64,000 bases of DNA, taken from positions 2,914,001-2,978,000 of the forward strand of contig NC_092674.1 of assembly GCF_964355755.1 (NCBI RefSeq). The letters run 5' to 3'. This DNA is from Antedon mediterranea (lineage: Eukaryota; Animalia; Echinodermata). The position numbers were made by a program, and so were the translations under genes. The stretch's first letter is position 1. Each line of letters begins with the position of its first letter. The notes under the pieces are model-generated. The model worked only from the letters and a program-made list of their open reading frames with translations, was not told the origin of the DNA and did not search any database. Shown here piece after piece: positions 24,447 to 37,591 of the stretch.

Positions 24447-27400
24447 TCAGGATAATAGAGTGTGCACTTGATCTGGTGTTCTAATGATGATACTGTTCGG
24501 ATCAAAGTAACCGTTACTCGAGTCATTCACAGCTCTGTGTATCAGTTCGTATGCTGAACAAATCAAAATAACAGACTTCTTATGGATTTTCTCTCTGTAA
24601 TAATTGAATAGACAAATTAATAGGTACAGTATATAAAAATATTGTAGATAAATATTTTTTGATAAAATTTAAACTCTTGAATATTCATAAACTGCCTGCA
24701 ACTTACCTTAAACTTTGACCTTGAAGCAAGTTGCATTGCGGCATAATGAGACTATCTGGAGAGGCTAGGTAGGAATCAAATTTTGACTGTGAAAAAAAAT
24801 AATTATTTTAAAAATATGTAGCTGTATAGTCTGTTTTAAAACCATTTGTCCATTTCATGGTAGCAAATTCAAACTAATGTACTACCGTACTCTATTTTTA
24901 TATGTTACAATTGTTTAATAAATTACAATTTTTGAACACTACACTAACGTCAGTACATATTACGGTTTTAGTTTAACATAAAATGTTACCATAGCATGTT
25001 TTATGGCTCCTGCTTCCATTCCATGAACTGAAGACAAAGGACCCTAGAATTAAATAAAATGTGTAAGACGAAAATTGTGGTATGGTAGTTACTTTATCTC
25101 ACTTGGTTGATGCTGCTGAGCTACAGTATGCTGTAGATCTGTACAAGACTTACTTTAGCTAATGTGTAAGATGAAGATTGTGTTATGGTAGTTACTGTAC
25201 CTCACTTGGTTGATGCTGCTGAGCTATGCTGTAGATCTGTACAAGACTAAACTTTAGCTAATGTGTAAGATGAAGATTGTGGTATGGTAGTTACTTTATC
25301 TCACTTGGTTGATGCTGCTGAGCTATGCTGTAGATCTGTACAAGACTTACTTTAGCTAATGTGTAAGATGAAGATTGTGGTATGGTAGTTACTGTACCTC
25401 ACTTAAGCCCCTTTCTCACAGATGTGCCTGCAATATTACCGGTATCGTTACCGGCATATACCCATTCTCATCGGACTATCGTGCTGGAAATATAACCGGA
25501 ATATACCGGTTTTCTGTGAGAAAGGAGTCGGGCATATTCGGCCAATAAAAAGTCTCTGACAAAATAATTATTGAGGCCGTCCTTTATTGTTATTATTTTT
25601 GTCTAGCGATATATGGCGGCGAATTATAAGTCAGAGATTATTATCTTCGTTTATAGCATATTTATGCAATACATGCTATGTACAGTATATTGTGCATATA
25701 TTATATAGGTACAGCAATTAATTAGCCGTCATCAGCAATCTGTAAAACACCTTAGAAGGTTGTACAATTTACAAGGCAAGAAGGCGACGAAGGGTCAGGC
25801 ACCAACAAACAAAGAGCTATGAATGGCCTATGTCTATAGATTATGCTACAAATTTCTTCTTGTCCCCTTATTTTAAGCAGCTCTCTTTCTTATCTCACTA
25901 TTCCTCCAGTTCGAAATTATTATTGTTAATTGAATTGAATCGGCGCCAAAGTGATACACTTGACCGCGCAAGGTGTCAAAGCCTCGACGGGTATTAAATA
26001 TAACCCCGGAATATAACGGCGTTACGTTCTCACAGAATGCCCATCTGGCATTGCGGGGAATATCCCTCGAATATTACTAGGTCTAAAGCAGGTCATGTCA
26101 ATGCCGGTATGATGCCGGCATGATGCCAAGACGACCCGTTCTCACAGAAAACCATACCGGCATGGTAATGGTATATTCCCGCAATATTCCTGGCACACAA
26201 CTCTGTGAGAAAGGGACTTTAGTTAATGTTGCTGACCTATGCTGTAGATTTGTACAAGACTTACTTTAGCTAATGTGTAAGATGAAGATTGTTTTATGGT
26301 AGTTACTGTACCTCACTTGGTTGATGCTGCTGAGCTATGCTGTAGATTTGTACCAGACTAACTTTAGCTAATGTGTAAGATGTGTTTTATGCTATATTTG
26401 TTTTTATTGTGTTTTCTTGTTATTATGACGAGCAATGAATTTCCTTTTTGAGGATCAATAAAAGTTATCTTATCTTATCTTAAGATGAAGATTGTGGTAT
26501 GGTAGTTAACTTTACCTCACTTGGTTGATGCTGCTGAGCTATGCTGTAGATTTGTACCAGACTAACTTTAGCTAATGTGTAAGATGCCTGCTCATTTACT
26601 AGTGCATCTGTGTGGGCTTCAATCTAAAAAGAAGAGGAACCAGTTGATTTGTCACTTTCTAAACCACACAAGATTATTTTAGTTTTCTGTATTGGTGCTG
26701 CTTATTTGTTAACTGCTATGCTTAAATCATGAAGGAATTAACAAAATAATTCCTCCATGCTGGAATAAGCATAACATACTGTACAAGTAAAGGTTCAGGT
26801 TGCTGATGGCTTGAGATTTACCAATTGTGACCAAAGGCCAAATGATCTTCTTATTACTGTATTATAGTCCCATTTTGCTTGCTGTGGATTGGTGATTCAG
26901 CAGAATTTAGTGTTGAATAAAGATTGGGAATTGTGAAAAAGAATGAGATTTTTAGTATGTGGCATGAGAGTTTGAGGTTGGGTAAAAATGTGAGTCGCAT
27001 ACCAGATGTGCTAGACTTGGATTTAAGCACTAGTACTTTATTTACCTGAGCATCTAACATCTCAAGTCGCTCGTCTGTGAATTCGTAGAGTGCCAGCGTA
27101 GTCTGAATGGCGTAGATACAGTTTATCATGTACGTAGCCATATCTGCTGTGTTAAGCCTACTAGCTGATACTGCACACATCTGAAGCAGGGGATCTAAGA
27201 TGCACGATAACACCTGTAAGAAAGGTCAAACAGGGGAGAAAGGTCAGACAGGGGTAGAAAGGACAAAATCTATAAATAATTAAACAAAGATAAAAAAATA
27301 CTATAGTGTAGTACTGTGTATATAAATGAATTACTGTACATTCTATCTTAAAATATCATTACTTTGGCAAAGTCTGTTTGTCTCGCATCAATGGGCACCA

Positions 27401-30400
27401 CTGATGAATCATGGGAAGCCAGTACTTCCTGTAACAATGTCAAAGTTTGTGAGAGTGAAGTTGGTGGGCTAAGATCAGCCGGTGGGAGTTCAACCTTTTC
27501 AATGAGCCTTGTCGCATGGACATTGAGGGCGTTGAAGAACACCTTTTGAGAGAACAACTGCATCTCTTCAAGAGTTAGCAACAGGCTGGCTTCACCATCT
27601 AACATCAACCTAATAAGAGATAATAGGAAGAGAAATTTCAAGTCAAAATGGCAAACAACAGTAGTTTGTTTACAAGTGAAGAATCAAAATACTCACGCTA
27701 TTGTGTAGTGGTAGAATTTAATTAGATTATTGAGCTTGTACAAAATTACAGGTCCTGGTTCCGCAACTATTACTTGTTCTACACGAACCTTGAAAAAAAA
27801 AACCCAATAGTTGTCAATCATTAATGGTATTTACAATTAAATTAATTCATTAATTAGTTTTATTATCTTACCTTAAACGGTCTACATACTCCTTCTGTAA
27901 TGTGCCCTAAAATACTCTGAATTTCCTCCTCACGCTCTACAAATATAGAAATAAAAAGCACGGATAAAAACCTTTTTTCCTATAATCATCTATCTTTTAT
28001 ATTGTTCTAACTGGTCCTTTAAATTTCTTTTTCTCTCATAAATTCAATAAAACCTAAAATCTTTGATAGATAAATGATACAATACCACTGTTAGTAGCTA
28101 GCTTCACTAAACTCTGAAGCAATTCTTTCTCTGAAGCTGCTGTTTGATGTAACCATGCCAACATATCACCAGTGTACCGCAATGGATCATGGGAATGAAG
28201 TTCTATAGGTCTTGGAGTACCACCTGGACCTGAGATTTTTAAAAGCAGAATACAAACAAAAATAAAAAATAGCTAATCTATGAATCAACCACAGAAACAA
28301 AAACCTTTGTCTTTATATGGATATGAAGTCCGAAATAGTGAGAAATGAATTAATTACTTGACAGGCTTCCCAATAATAACGGTTTTCTCCTGATATCTCC
28401 GGTCATCTCCCGCTAAAATACAATATCTCTGAATATTTTGGAATTTACAGTTAAGAAAACAAACTAATATTGTTATGTATTGAAACCTTGTTAAAGTACC
28501 TTTGATAAATTTAATATAACAGAGTGCAATATACAGAGTCAAAGGTGTGTTTAAATGTCTTTGGAATACAAGTGACAAGATATACAGTAGTAATATGATT
28601 CTTAAAGCTACAAGGTTAAATGTTAAAGTAACACAGATTATAAATCAAGTAACACTTGTGGCTTATCAGTGCAGTTAGTAAAAGTGTAGTTGGTATATAA
28701 GTAACATGATATTTGATCTTGGTGCCAATCACAGAAATATGATATTTATAACATCAACATGGATTAATAGTGAGATATTGAGTTGGTACCTCATTTGGCA
28801 CAGCACGACATACCAACGTTTAAGATTATAAATGCCAATAATGCTCTATTGTTTAACAGTGCTCTTAATAGTTTGATTTAACTTTCAATATGCTATTATA
28901 GCGCCATCTATAAGAGACATGCTTTCATAAAGCCAAATATTTCATTTTCTTGAGTTAGGACGTTTTTTTTTAGATGGTTAATTGTATTGACATTATTATG
29001 CAAAACAGGAGCCGAAAACGTAAGTAAATGTTTCAGATATTATTATTAAAAAGAATAAAAAAAGTACCTCCTCTGGTTAATGCATCAATGAAACCACGCA
29101 CAACTGCAGTTCTTCTGGCTGTTCCATATTCATCCAATGAATATCTATCAAAATAGAAAATCATGTTGATAGAAATATCATAGAATAATCAAGTGAGGTG
29201 AGGGAAACAATATATAGACCCTATTTTGGGCACTTTTTTTGTCAAACTTGTTTGATAGTGTAGACAGAGATTAATAACTTACTGAAACAAAACTGGTCGA
29301 TCTTGAAGAGCCTGCATAGCTTTAGCAAGAAGGGATGTAACCTCTACAGAATCTGTGGTCATTGCACGACTCTCACCTGCACAGAATCATTCCGTTCAAA
29401 CAAATAAAACAATTGTTGTTTGTACATAATAAATTACTAAGTAAATATACATGCATATTTTATTTATAAATCTAAAGGCAAATTACTGAAAAAGACAATG
29501 ATGTGGGTATCAGTGGCTGGATCATCTCAATGGAGATACAAAAAGACAATGATGTGGGTATCAGTGGCTGGATCTCAATGGAGATACAAAAAGACAATGA
29601 TGTGGGTATCAGTGGCTGGATCTCAATGGAGATACAAAAAGACAATGCTGTGGCTATCAGTGGCTGGATCTCAATGGAGATACAAAAAAAACAATGCTGT
29701 GGCTATCAGTGGCTGGATCTCAATGGAGATACAAAAAGACAATGCTGTGGCTATCAGTGGCTGGATCTCAATGGAGATACAAAATGACAATGCTGTGGGT
29801 ATCAGTGGCTGGATCTCAATGGAGATACAAAAAGACAATGCTGTGGGTATCAGTGGCTGGATCTCAATGGAGATACAAAAAAGACAATGCTGTGGGTATC
29901 AGTGGCTGGATCTCAATGGAGATACAAAAAGACAATGCTGTGGGTATCAGTGGCTGGATCTCAATGGAGATACAAAAAGACAATGCTGTGGGTATCAGTG
30001 GCTGGATCTCAATGGAGATACAAAAAGACAATGCTGTGGTTGTCAGTGGCTGGATCTCAATGGAGATACAAAAAGACAATGCTGTGGGTATCAGTGGCTG
30101 GATCTCAATGGAGATACAAAAAGACAATGCTGTGGGTTTCAGTGGCTGGATCTCAATGGAGATACAAAAAGACAATGATGTGGGTATCAGTGGCTGGATC
30201 TCAATGGAGATACAAAATGACAATGCTGTGGGTATCAGTGGCTGGATCTCAATGGAGATACAAAAAGACAATGCTGTGGGTATCAGTGGCTGGATCTCAA
30301 TGGAGATACAAAAAGACAATGCTGTGGGTATCAGTGGCTGGATCTCAATGGAGATACAAAAAGACAATGCTGTGGGTTTCAGCGGCTGGATCTCAATGGA

Positions 30401-33400
30401 GATACAAAAAGACAATGCTGTGGGTTTCAGCGGCTGGATCTCAATGGAGATACAAAAAGACAATGCTGTGGGTTTCAGCGGCTGGATCTCAATGGAGATA
30501 CAAAAAGACAATGATGTGGGTATCAGTGGCTGGATCTCAATGGAGATACAAAAAGACAATGCTGTGGGTTTCAGTGGCTGGATCTCAATGGAGATACAAA
30601 AAGACAATGATGTGGGTATCAGTGGCTGGATCTCAATGGAGATACAAAAAGACAATGCTGTGGGTATCAGTGGCTGGATCTCAATGGAGATACAAAAACA
30701 CAATGCTGTGGGTATCAGTGGCTGGATCTCAATGGAGATACAAAAAGACAATGCTGTGGTTGTCAGTGGCTGGATCTCAATGGAGATACAAAAAGACAAT
30801 GCTGTGGGTATCAGTGGCTGGATCTCAATGGAGATACAAAAAGACAATGCTGTGGGTTTCAGTGGCTGGATCTCAATGGAGATACAAAAAGACAATGATG
30901 TGGGTATCAGTGGCTGGATCTCAATGGAGATACAAAATGACAATGCTGTGGGTATCAGTGGCTGGATCTCAATGGAGATACAAAAAGACAATGATGTGGG
31001 TATCAGTGGCTGGATCTCAATGGAGATACAAAAAGACAATGCTGTGGGTATCAGTGGCTGGATCTCAATGGAGATACAAAAAGACAATGCTGTGGGTTTC
31101 AGCGGCTGGATCTCAATGGAGATACAAAAAGACAATGCTGTGGGTTTCAGCGGCTGGATCTCAATGGAGATACAAAATGACAATGCTGTGGGTATCAGTG
31201 GCTGGATCTCAATGGAGATACAAAAAGACAATGCTGTGGGTTTCAGCGGCTGGATCTCAATGGAGATACAAAAAGACAATGATGTGGGTATCAGTGGCTG
31301 GATCTCAATGGAGATACAAAAAGACAATGCTGTGGGTTTCAGTGGCTGGATCTCAATGGAGATACAAAAAGACAATGATGTGGGTATCAGTGGCTGGATC
31401 TCAATGGAGATACAAAATGACAATGCTGTGGGTATCAGTGGCTGGATCTCAATGGAGATACAAAATGACAATGCTGTGGGAATCAGTGGCTGGATCTCAG
31501 TGGAGATACAAAAAGACAATGCTGTGGGTGTCAGTGGCTGGATCTCAATGGAGATACAAAAAGACAATGCTGCAAAAAAGCTAAACCAAAACAATAAAGT
31601 AATACAGCCGGAAAAATTAACAACACTAGTCCTTCATATTACATATATATATACTGTACATATTAAATATACAGCAATATACGGTACTGTGTACTGTAAA
31701 TATGTAATACAGTGTTATGCATATTATATGGTAATTATAATAACAACCCCATGTCCACCTGTAAATATAAATATGCATATACAGTACGCATGCATATTAT
31801 ACCATGGTTATAACAACTTTGTTTCCACCTGTAAATATGCATATTATACCATATTTATAATAACACAATGACCACCTGTAAATATGCATACATATGCATA
31901 TTATATCATAATTATAATAACAACCTTGTGTCCACCTGTAAAGACGTTCATACGTTGTCTCCAGATGAAGAGCCATTGCTTCCATAATTTCTAAACTGTG
32001 AAGAAAGAAGGACAAATTTCAAAAACTAATTACTGGACAATAATTCTTGTTTATTTTACATCCCTAACTTACTTATTATGATCACTTTATAAACTAAAAA
32101 ATGTCATAGGTAAGTGACAGAGTGATTGCTGACATACCCTGCTGTCTGTTGATTGGTTCTCAGTAAAATCTTACAGTCCTGGTGAATCTGTTTAACTCGT
32201 AAAAGTGCTTTGAAGAAATCTTCATGTAACCTACCATCTCGAGTTCCTCTTAGAATTTTCAGTTCTTCTGGTTTTAGTTGATATTTAGCGAGGAAACCAT
32301 CTGCGACCTTTGCCCTCATTTCTAACCTCTGACTTTAAAAATAGTTTTGAAAAAGAATTTATATTCAGTAGATTGATTAACATTATTTAAATCCATCATG
32401 TTAATTTATATTTATGAAAAAGTTATGCAAAATTTTCTAGTTATTACAGTTAATTCCAACTTTTTTTTCAAAATAGTCGTAACTGCTGTAGTACCTTTCT
32501 TTCTGCAATTCAGTAGTTTTACTTATAAGGTCAGATGTCTGACCTCTGGCGGCCTTTAACCTCTGTGTCATGTCATTACAGCAGGTGCTCATGGCTGACA
32601 CATCTTCATCAATAGAATCAAGTTGCTGGGAAAGAAGATGATAAAACAATAATGTGGCTCTTCAATTCAATTATAAATTTAAAAATTAATTATAATTTAT
32701 AATTATTTAAATTAAATTTTAGTTGTATAAAAATTAATTTCTTGCCTACCACTTTTACAGCTCGAAATGCTTCTGAAAATTCTTCGTTTATTGTCAAACT
32801 CCTCCGTTCAATATCTCCCCTTAAGTTGCGTCGAGTGCGCAAGTTATTTTCGCTAAAGAAACTTGACATAGCCTTGAGTGCCTCCAAAACATCCTTTAAA
32901 ATAGTTTTGCAGTATTGTCATAGTACTCATACCATCTATGAATTAGTTAACTATTCACATTTAATATATTTAATGCCATTCACGTTACCTAAACTGAAAG
33001 ATATACTCTGTTCCTCTGAACAAATAATTGCTTAACATTTAAATGTCACATAATCACATTTACTTTTCAATAAGCCTGTTTGTAAATTTTACGGTGAAAA
33101 ATTTAAAAACAATTTTGACCCCAACAATACATGCACGTGGATATCACGTTGCCAATGTTCCGTTGCAGGCATCAATACTTCAGTTGGCATGTTTGTATGT
33201 ATGCATTTTTGTTACTGTTGTGTATATTTTAAGGGAGGGGGGGGGGGGTGGGTGTGGATAGAGGTGCTTGTCATCTGTTCATCCTTTTCTTTTTGCTGCC
33301 TTTTTGTTGTTATGTGCAGTGATAAAGTTCAATAAATAAATAAAAAATAATAGTTATTTACTTTGACAAAAATTACCTGAAAAAATGAAAATAGTCAAAT

Positions 33401-34017
33401 TGTCTGTCAGAAATGTTTTTTTATTAAATTAAATTTTACCATTTATTTTGTCTTTTTTGAATAGTAGAAGTTAAATCAATATTTCTGTTTGTATTTTTTC
33501 CTACATTTTGCTATATAATAGGCCTAGACTAGGCCCCTAGCTAGGCTAGGCCTTTTAAATAGATAGAGTTTTACAGCAGATATATTAATAATTAAATTAT
33601 TAAAAAACAAAGACTACAATTAGTTTTATAAATGTGCATCATTGCAAAAGAGACAAATTGTCTCTGGGCTGAATATCATCCCGCTAGCTACAGGTAGGCC
33701 TCTCCCTAGATAGGCCTCCAGCTAGACCTATGCCTAGTACTACTAGAGAGGCACCCACTCTGCAGCAGCCCAGCCAGGCACCTTTCTTGACTGTCCTTAG
33801 TTAGTTAGGCCCTCTAGCCTAGCTAGGGCCTAGCCTAGGCCTAGCTAAAGCCGTGAAACACTAATTAATTTGTATCACGCTTAATAAAAACATGGTAATC
33901 AACCTTGTCGTTGTCTAATCGAGTTTCTAGAATTTTATTTAGCTTTCGAGAAAGAGGATTATTTGCATGTGACGTGTCCGCTCCTACTTCGCTGGTTATC
34001 GCCGTCGTCGCCGACAT
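24447..34017 (-). CDS. COG6: Conserved oligomeric Golgi complex subunit 6 (about 643 aa, 16 exons)
   Basis: Exons 34017-33904, 32893-32750, 32625-32495, 32332-32138, 31995-31925, 29376-29283, 29144-29068, 28229-28086, 27936-27872, 27788-27697, 27609-27363, 27213-27046, 26623-26516, 25043-24990, 24786-24707, 24594-24447. All GT-AG with consistent phases; motifs [54 protein letters not shown]. Confidence 0.95.
25406..26218. mobile_element. Non-autonomous PIF/Harbinger-type DNA transposon
   Basis: TIRs agcccctttctcacag / ctgtgagaaagggact; 3-bp TSD TTA (25403-25405, 26219-26221); the empty site is seen in neighbouring repeat units. Confidence 0.85.
26383..26480 (+). mobile_element. 98-bp 5'-truncated copy of the Rex-Babar-like LINE with 7-bp TSD
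   Basis: Matches the reverse complement of 3725-3820; flanked by taagatg at 26376-26382 and 26481-26487. Confidence 0.85.
29489..31572. repeat. 48-bp minisatellite, about 43 copies, in COG6 intron 5
   Basis: Unit gacaatgctgtgggtatcagtggctggatctcaatggagatacaaaaa, highly homogeneous. Confidence 0.97.
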
Positions 34018-35293
34018 TTTGAATGATTGCTATGGAAAGCCGTAAGTGTCTTCTGCAGATTTAGCCCAGTGGTGTTTTCTCACGCTGCTGCTCTAGCCCG
34101 CTACGTCAACGTCCCATTTAGGACTACTCAATCAGAAGCTAAAGCAAGCAGCAGTTATAGTTCTAAGGACAGACAGTTTTGTGAAAATGGAAACTCCACT
34201 ATGATTTATTGATTCCAGCTGCTACAGTAGACCCAAAAAACGTCTGGGAAAGAGTCTATTAGGACATGTCATGCTAAAATTACAAATCCCTAAGCATTTC
34301 TGGTATATTCACTGTCAGATATTCATTGAATTATAATCGAAACAGTCCATTAAAGTTTGTGTTTGTAATAGGATACTTCACAATTGAAATATCTAGGGTG
34401 ATGAAGTGACCCCCAGATTTGACCTTAGCAATAAAATTAACTAAAGTGACAGAAATTGAGTTTTCACTTCTGTAACAAAAAAATATTTATTCACATATAA
34501 AAAAAGAAAAGAAACCCAAAAACCATTGTCTGACAGACAATTTAAGTATTTGTTGCTTTAAATTACATTTTTTTCAGGTAAAATAACTATTATGTGACAA
34601 TAAAATGACACATTCAAAAACATTTGAAATAAAAAATATTTTTCAATAAGCGAGCAGCGTTTTTTGTAAGAAATATTTCTTGTTTACAATAGAAGCAAGC
34701 ATACTTATTTTATTTTCTTGATTTTCATCGGTTTCTTTCATCACATACGCTATTATTTATAACACATCTTAACATATTCTTGTCATTTTATTCGTTAATT
34801 GTGGGTCACATCATGCTATTTTATTAAAAAGACTATTAAACGATCGTGTGATAGTTCGTTAATTCAGTACTTAATCTTTCAACTCCTCATGAAATATTTT
34901 CCACCATCTAACTCATATAAACATTCATTGAAATATGAAAACGTTTATAATACAAATAATTTTTTAATAATATATATATAATTATAATCTTTTGTATAAT
35001 AATTGTTCATGAAATATTATCCAACTCATAACTTTCATTATTTATTTTTATATTAACTGTTCATCTAAAGCGTTGTACATGTACTACTTCTGCTGTGCTG
35101 CTTCCAATGAGCTAAAGATTAAGCAATTTATTGTGTGCTTCAATGCTAAAACTCTGAAGGCTAAATCGGCGCGCCATAGATTTGTTTTCTTTAAAAATTG
35201 TAGCTTCTAAGTTGATATCACGTTTTGGTGGCGCTATAACAGTGATTTCAATATTTTGTTTTATCAAAGCTGGAGTGGTAACCAAGAACCAAA

Positions 35294-37591
35294 ATGTCGG
35301 AAGCGTTGTCGTTGTTACCGTCAAATGGAGTTTTAGTAGAGCTTAGTGGTCAGGCTCCATCACCATCAAAGGATTTTCACCAGTTTACTATATCAACAAG
35401 CAATGTATGACTAAATTATGTTATTTAAATGATACTGTTTTAATGATAATGAATGTTTTGGCCGAAGCTATGAGAGGCCAAGGTCGAAATAAGACTACTA
35501 ATAGTAAGAAGAGAGAAGGCAACTGTGCCGCCACACACACAACATCATCATGCAGCAAAGTCAGTGTCGTCACAACGTACCACCAGCTTACCTCAGCTCC
35601 TCCTAACTATACTAACTAGCCTAGGCTAGGAAGGCATATATTTGATTGTGGGGATTAAGTTATTCAAAAAAGGCCTACTTCGTATAACTAAAAAATTCCT
35701 ACAAAAAAAAAACACCCCAAAAAACAGGAAGTTGAAGGTTAATTTAGATGCAATTAAAATATTAATTAATCAAATTTTAATGTTGTCTGTGTTGTCTTGT
35801 AACAAATCCATGGTGATTTTTTTTCGTAGACCATTTGGAGAACATGGAATATTACTTTAAGGAATGACTACAGACGATTAAACCCGACAGAATCAAGACA
35901 ACCTGCTGAGGATTTTGCATATGATGAACGACTTCAATGTATATGTTATAAACAAAGCTAAATTTGATCTGCATAACATAGAGCTTTTAATGTGTTCTTT
36001 TGTAAACTAGCGCGCCTATATCTGATTTAAATTTAAAGTACAGTAATTCCTACTTAGAAAAATGTTGATGCCTATAAAAATGATAAAGAACTCTTACCTT
36101 TAATAAGTAGTAGTAAGTAAGAGGTCTAAGCCTAGTAGATCTAGCCTGTAATTATTAAAGATACATTTTTTGTCGCATATGGCGTTTTATAATGTATAAT
36201 ATAATACTGTACTTAATTTGAGAAAAAAAAAACATTTTGATTGGTGGAGTAACATAACTAAATAAAAGACTAAATACTGTATATACTTGTAGCAAGTCTA
36301 GATTACCAGCTTCTGCTACTATGATAAAAAATCATCATGATCATTTCCTTCATTATTTATTTTGTAGTTGCATGCTGACATGAAACCATATTTACCGAAA
36401 TATTTGTTTATTTATAGATGATGTGCGCCGTGTGTTTGGCAACAATACCTTGGAATATGTTAAGAATCTTTGTTTGGGACAGATAGACTATCTTGCGAGA
36501 CTTCCAACGCCTCTTCTCATATATTTAGTCTCGTTTCTCGAACTTGAAGATGTTGCTTCTTTGGCTCAAACTAGTAAACAGTTTTATGAGGTCATTAGCT
36601 TTTTTATTTATGAATAAAGTTTTGTTTTCATTTACTGTATTATCAATTAAATATGAATGATACTGTTGGTGGCAGCAGAACGTGACCGTGATCCGCATGT
36701 GCTATTTGAAAAGCAAAAAAAAATAGATGAGGTGGTGGAAGTTTGCCAAACTTCCTTTGAGCAGGGAGCGGTGGTGTTGCTGCTGACCACCTTTGTGTTT
36801 TTTTGTCGAACCACCATTGGCATAACGTAGTGGCATAACGTAGAGACATGAGGCCCTTGGTTTAGGAACCCTAAGTGGCCCTCCAACGCTAAAGGTGTTT
36901 TTAGCCTTTTTTTACATATTTTAATGCCTGTTTTTTCCTGGACACTGCTCAAGGGTGCCCATAAGCTCCGGGGCCCCTGGGTTTAGCCAGTGAACGCTCA
37001 TAGCCTTTACGCCACTGCTAGCCACTCGGTAACATTCAATGCATTTCTCCTCTCTTCCTCCTCCTCTTCTATTTTATCCAGCTCATATATTTTCTAGACC
37101 ATTTAAAAATATGATGTTTTTGCAGGTTTGCAACAATGACTCACTGTGGGAAAGGATATATGAAGTGCATTGTGACACAGTGACAGATGAGATGAGGAGT
37201 TTAGCAGAGCAGCTTGGCTGGAAGAAAATGTTCTTTACTAATAAGTTACAGTTACAGGTAATGGCACATTGTTGCAGATCAGAGTTTTACATAAAAGTTT
37301 CATATATTTTATAAGTACATAATAAAGGCCCTTTCACATTGTTCCAGTTTAAGGTTTCAGATGCATTAACATTATAATAATTAAGGCCGCCATTCCACAT
37401 AATTGTTCCATAGGCAGATAGCTGGCGTAAATCTGTTAAGAAAACTATTCTCAGTTGCAGCTGAAGTTCCCTACACACCGTTGCTGATACTAAATTACGT
37501 GTAATATTTGTTTTAGGTTCAGCTTCGCAGACAAAGAATAAAATCGCCAGATGGAGAAGGGCGTAATGGCGACACTTTTATCACTGATTAG
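35294..37591 (+). CDS. FBXO36: F-box only protein 36 (199 aa, 5 exons)
   Basis: Exons 35294-35404, 35830-35938, 36418-36590, 37126-37257, 37517-37591; motifs GQAPSPSKDFHQ, IWRTWNITLRNDY, F-box LARLPTPLLIYLVSFLELEDV, GWKKMFFTNKLQLQ. Confidence 0.92.
36815..37017. mobile_element. Degenerate hAT-like MITE in FBXO36 intron 3
   Basis: Ends cattggcataa / ttacgccactg; flanks cgaaccac and ctagccac (6/8 match). Confidence 0.4.

Larger units (their letters stand above)
25059..26587 (-). repeat. About 98-bp tandem repeat (about 6 units) derived from the COG6 exon 13 3' end and donor site
   Basis: Unit aatgtgtaagatgaagattgtggtatggtagttac..ctcacttggttgatgctgctgagctatgctgtagat; the last unit is the real exon; interrupted by two TE insertions. 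Confidence 0.85.

Noticed and set aside
29498-31871. 565-725 aa repetitive ORFs on both strands
   Set aside because: By-product of a 48-bp stop-poor minisatellite inside a COG6 intron; frames shift with A-run length.
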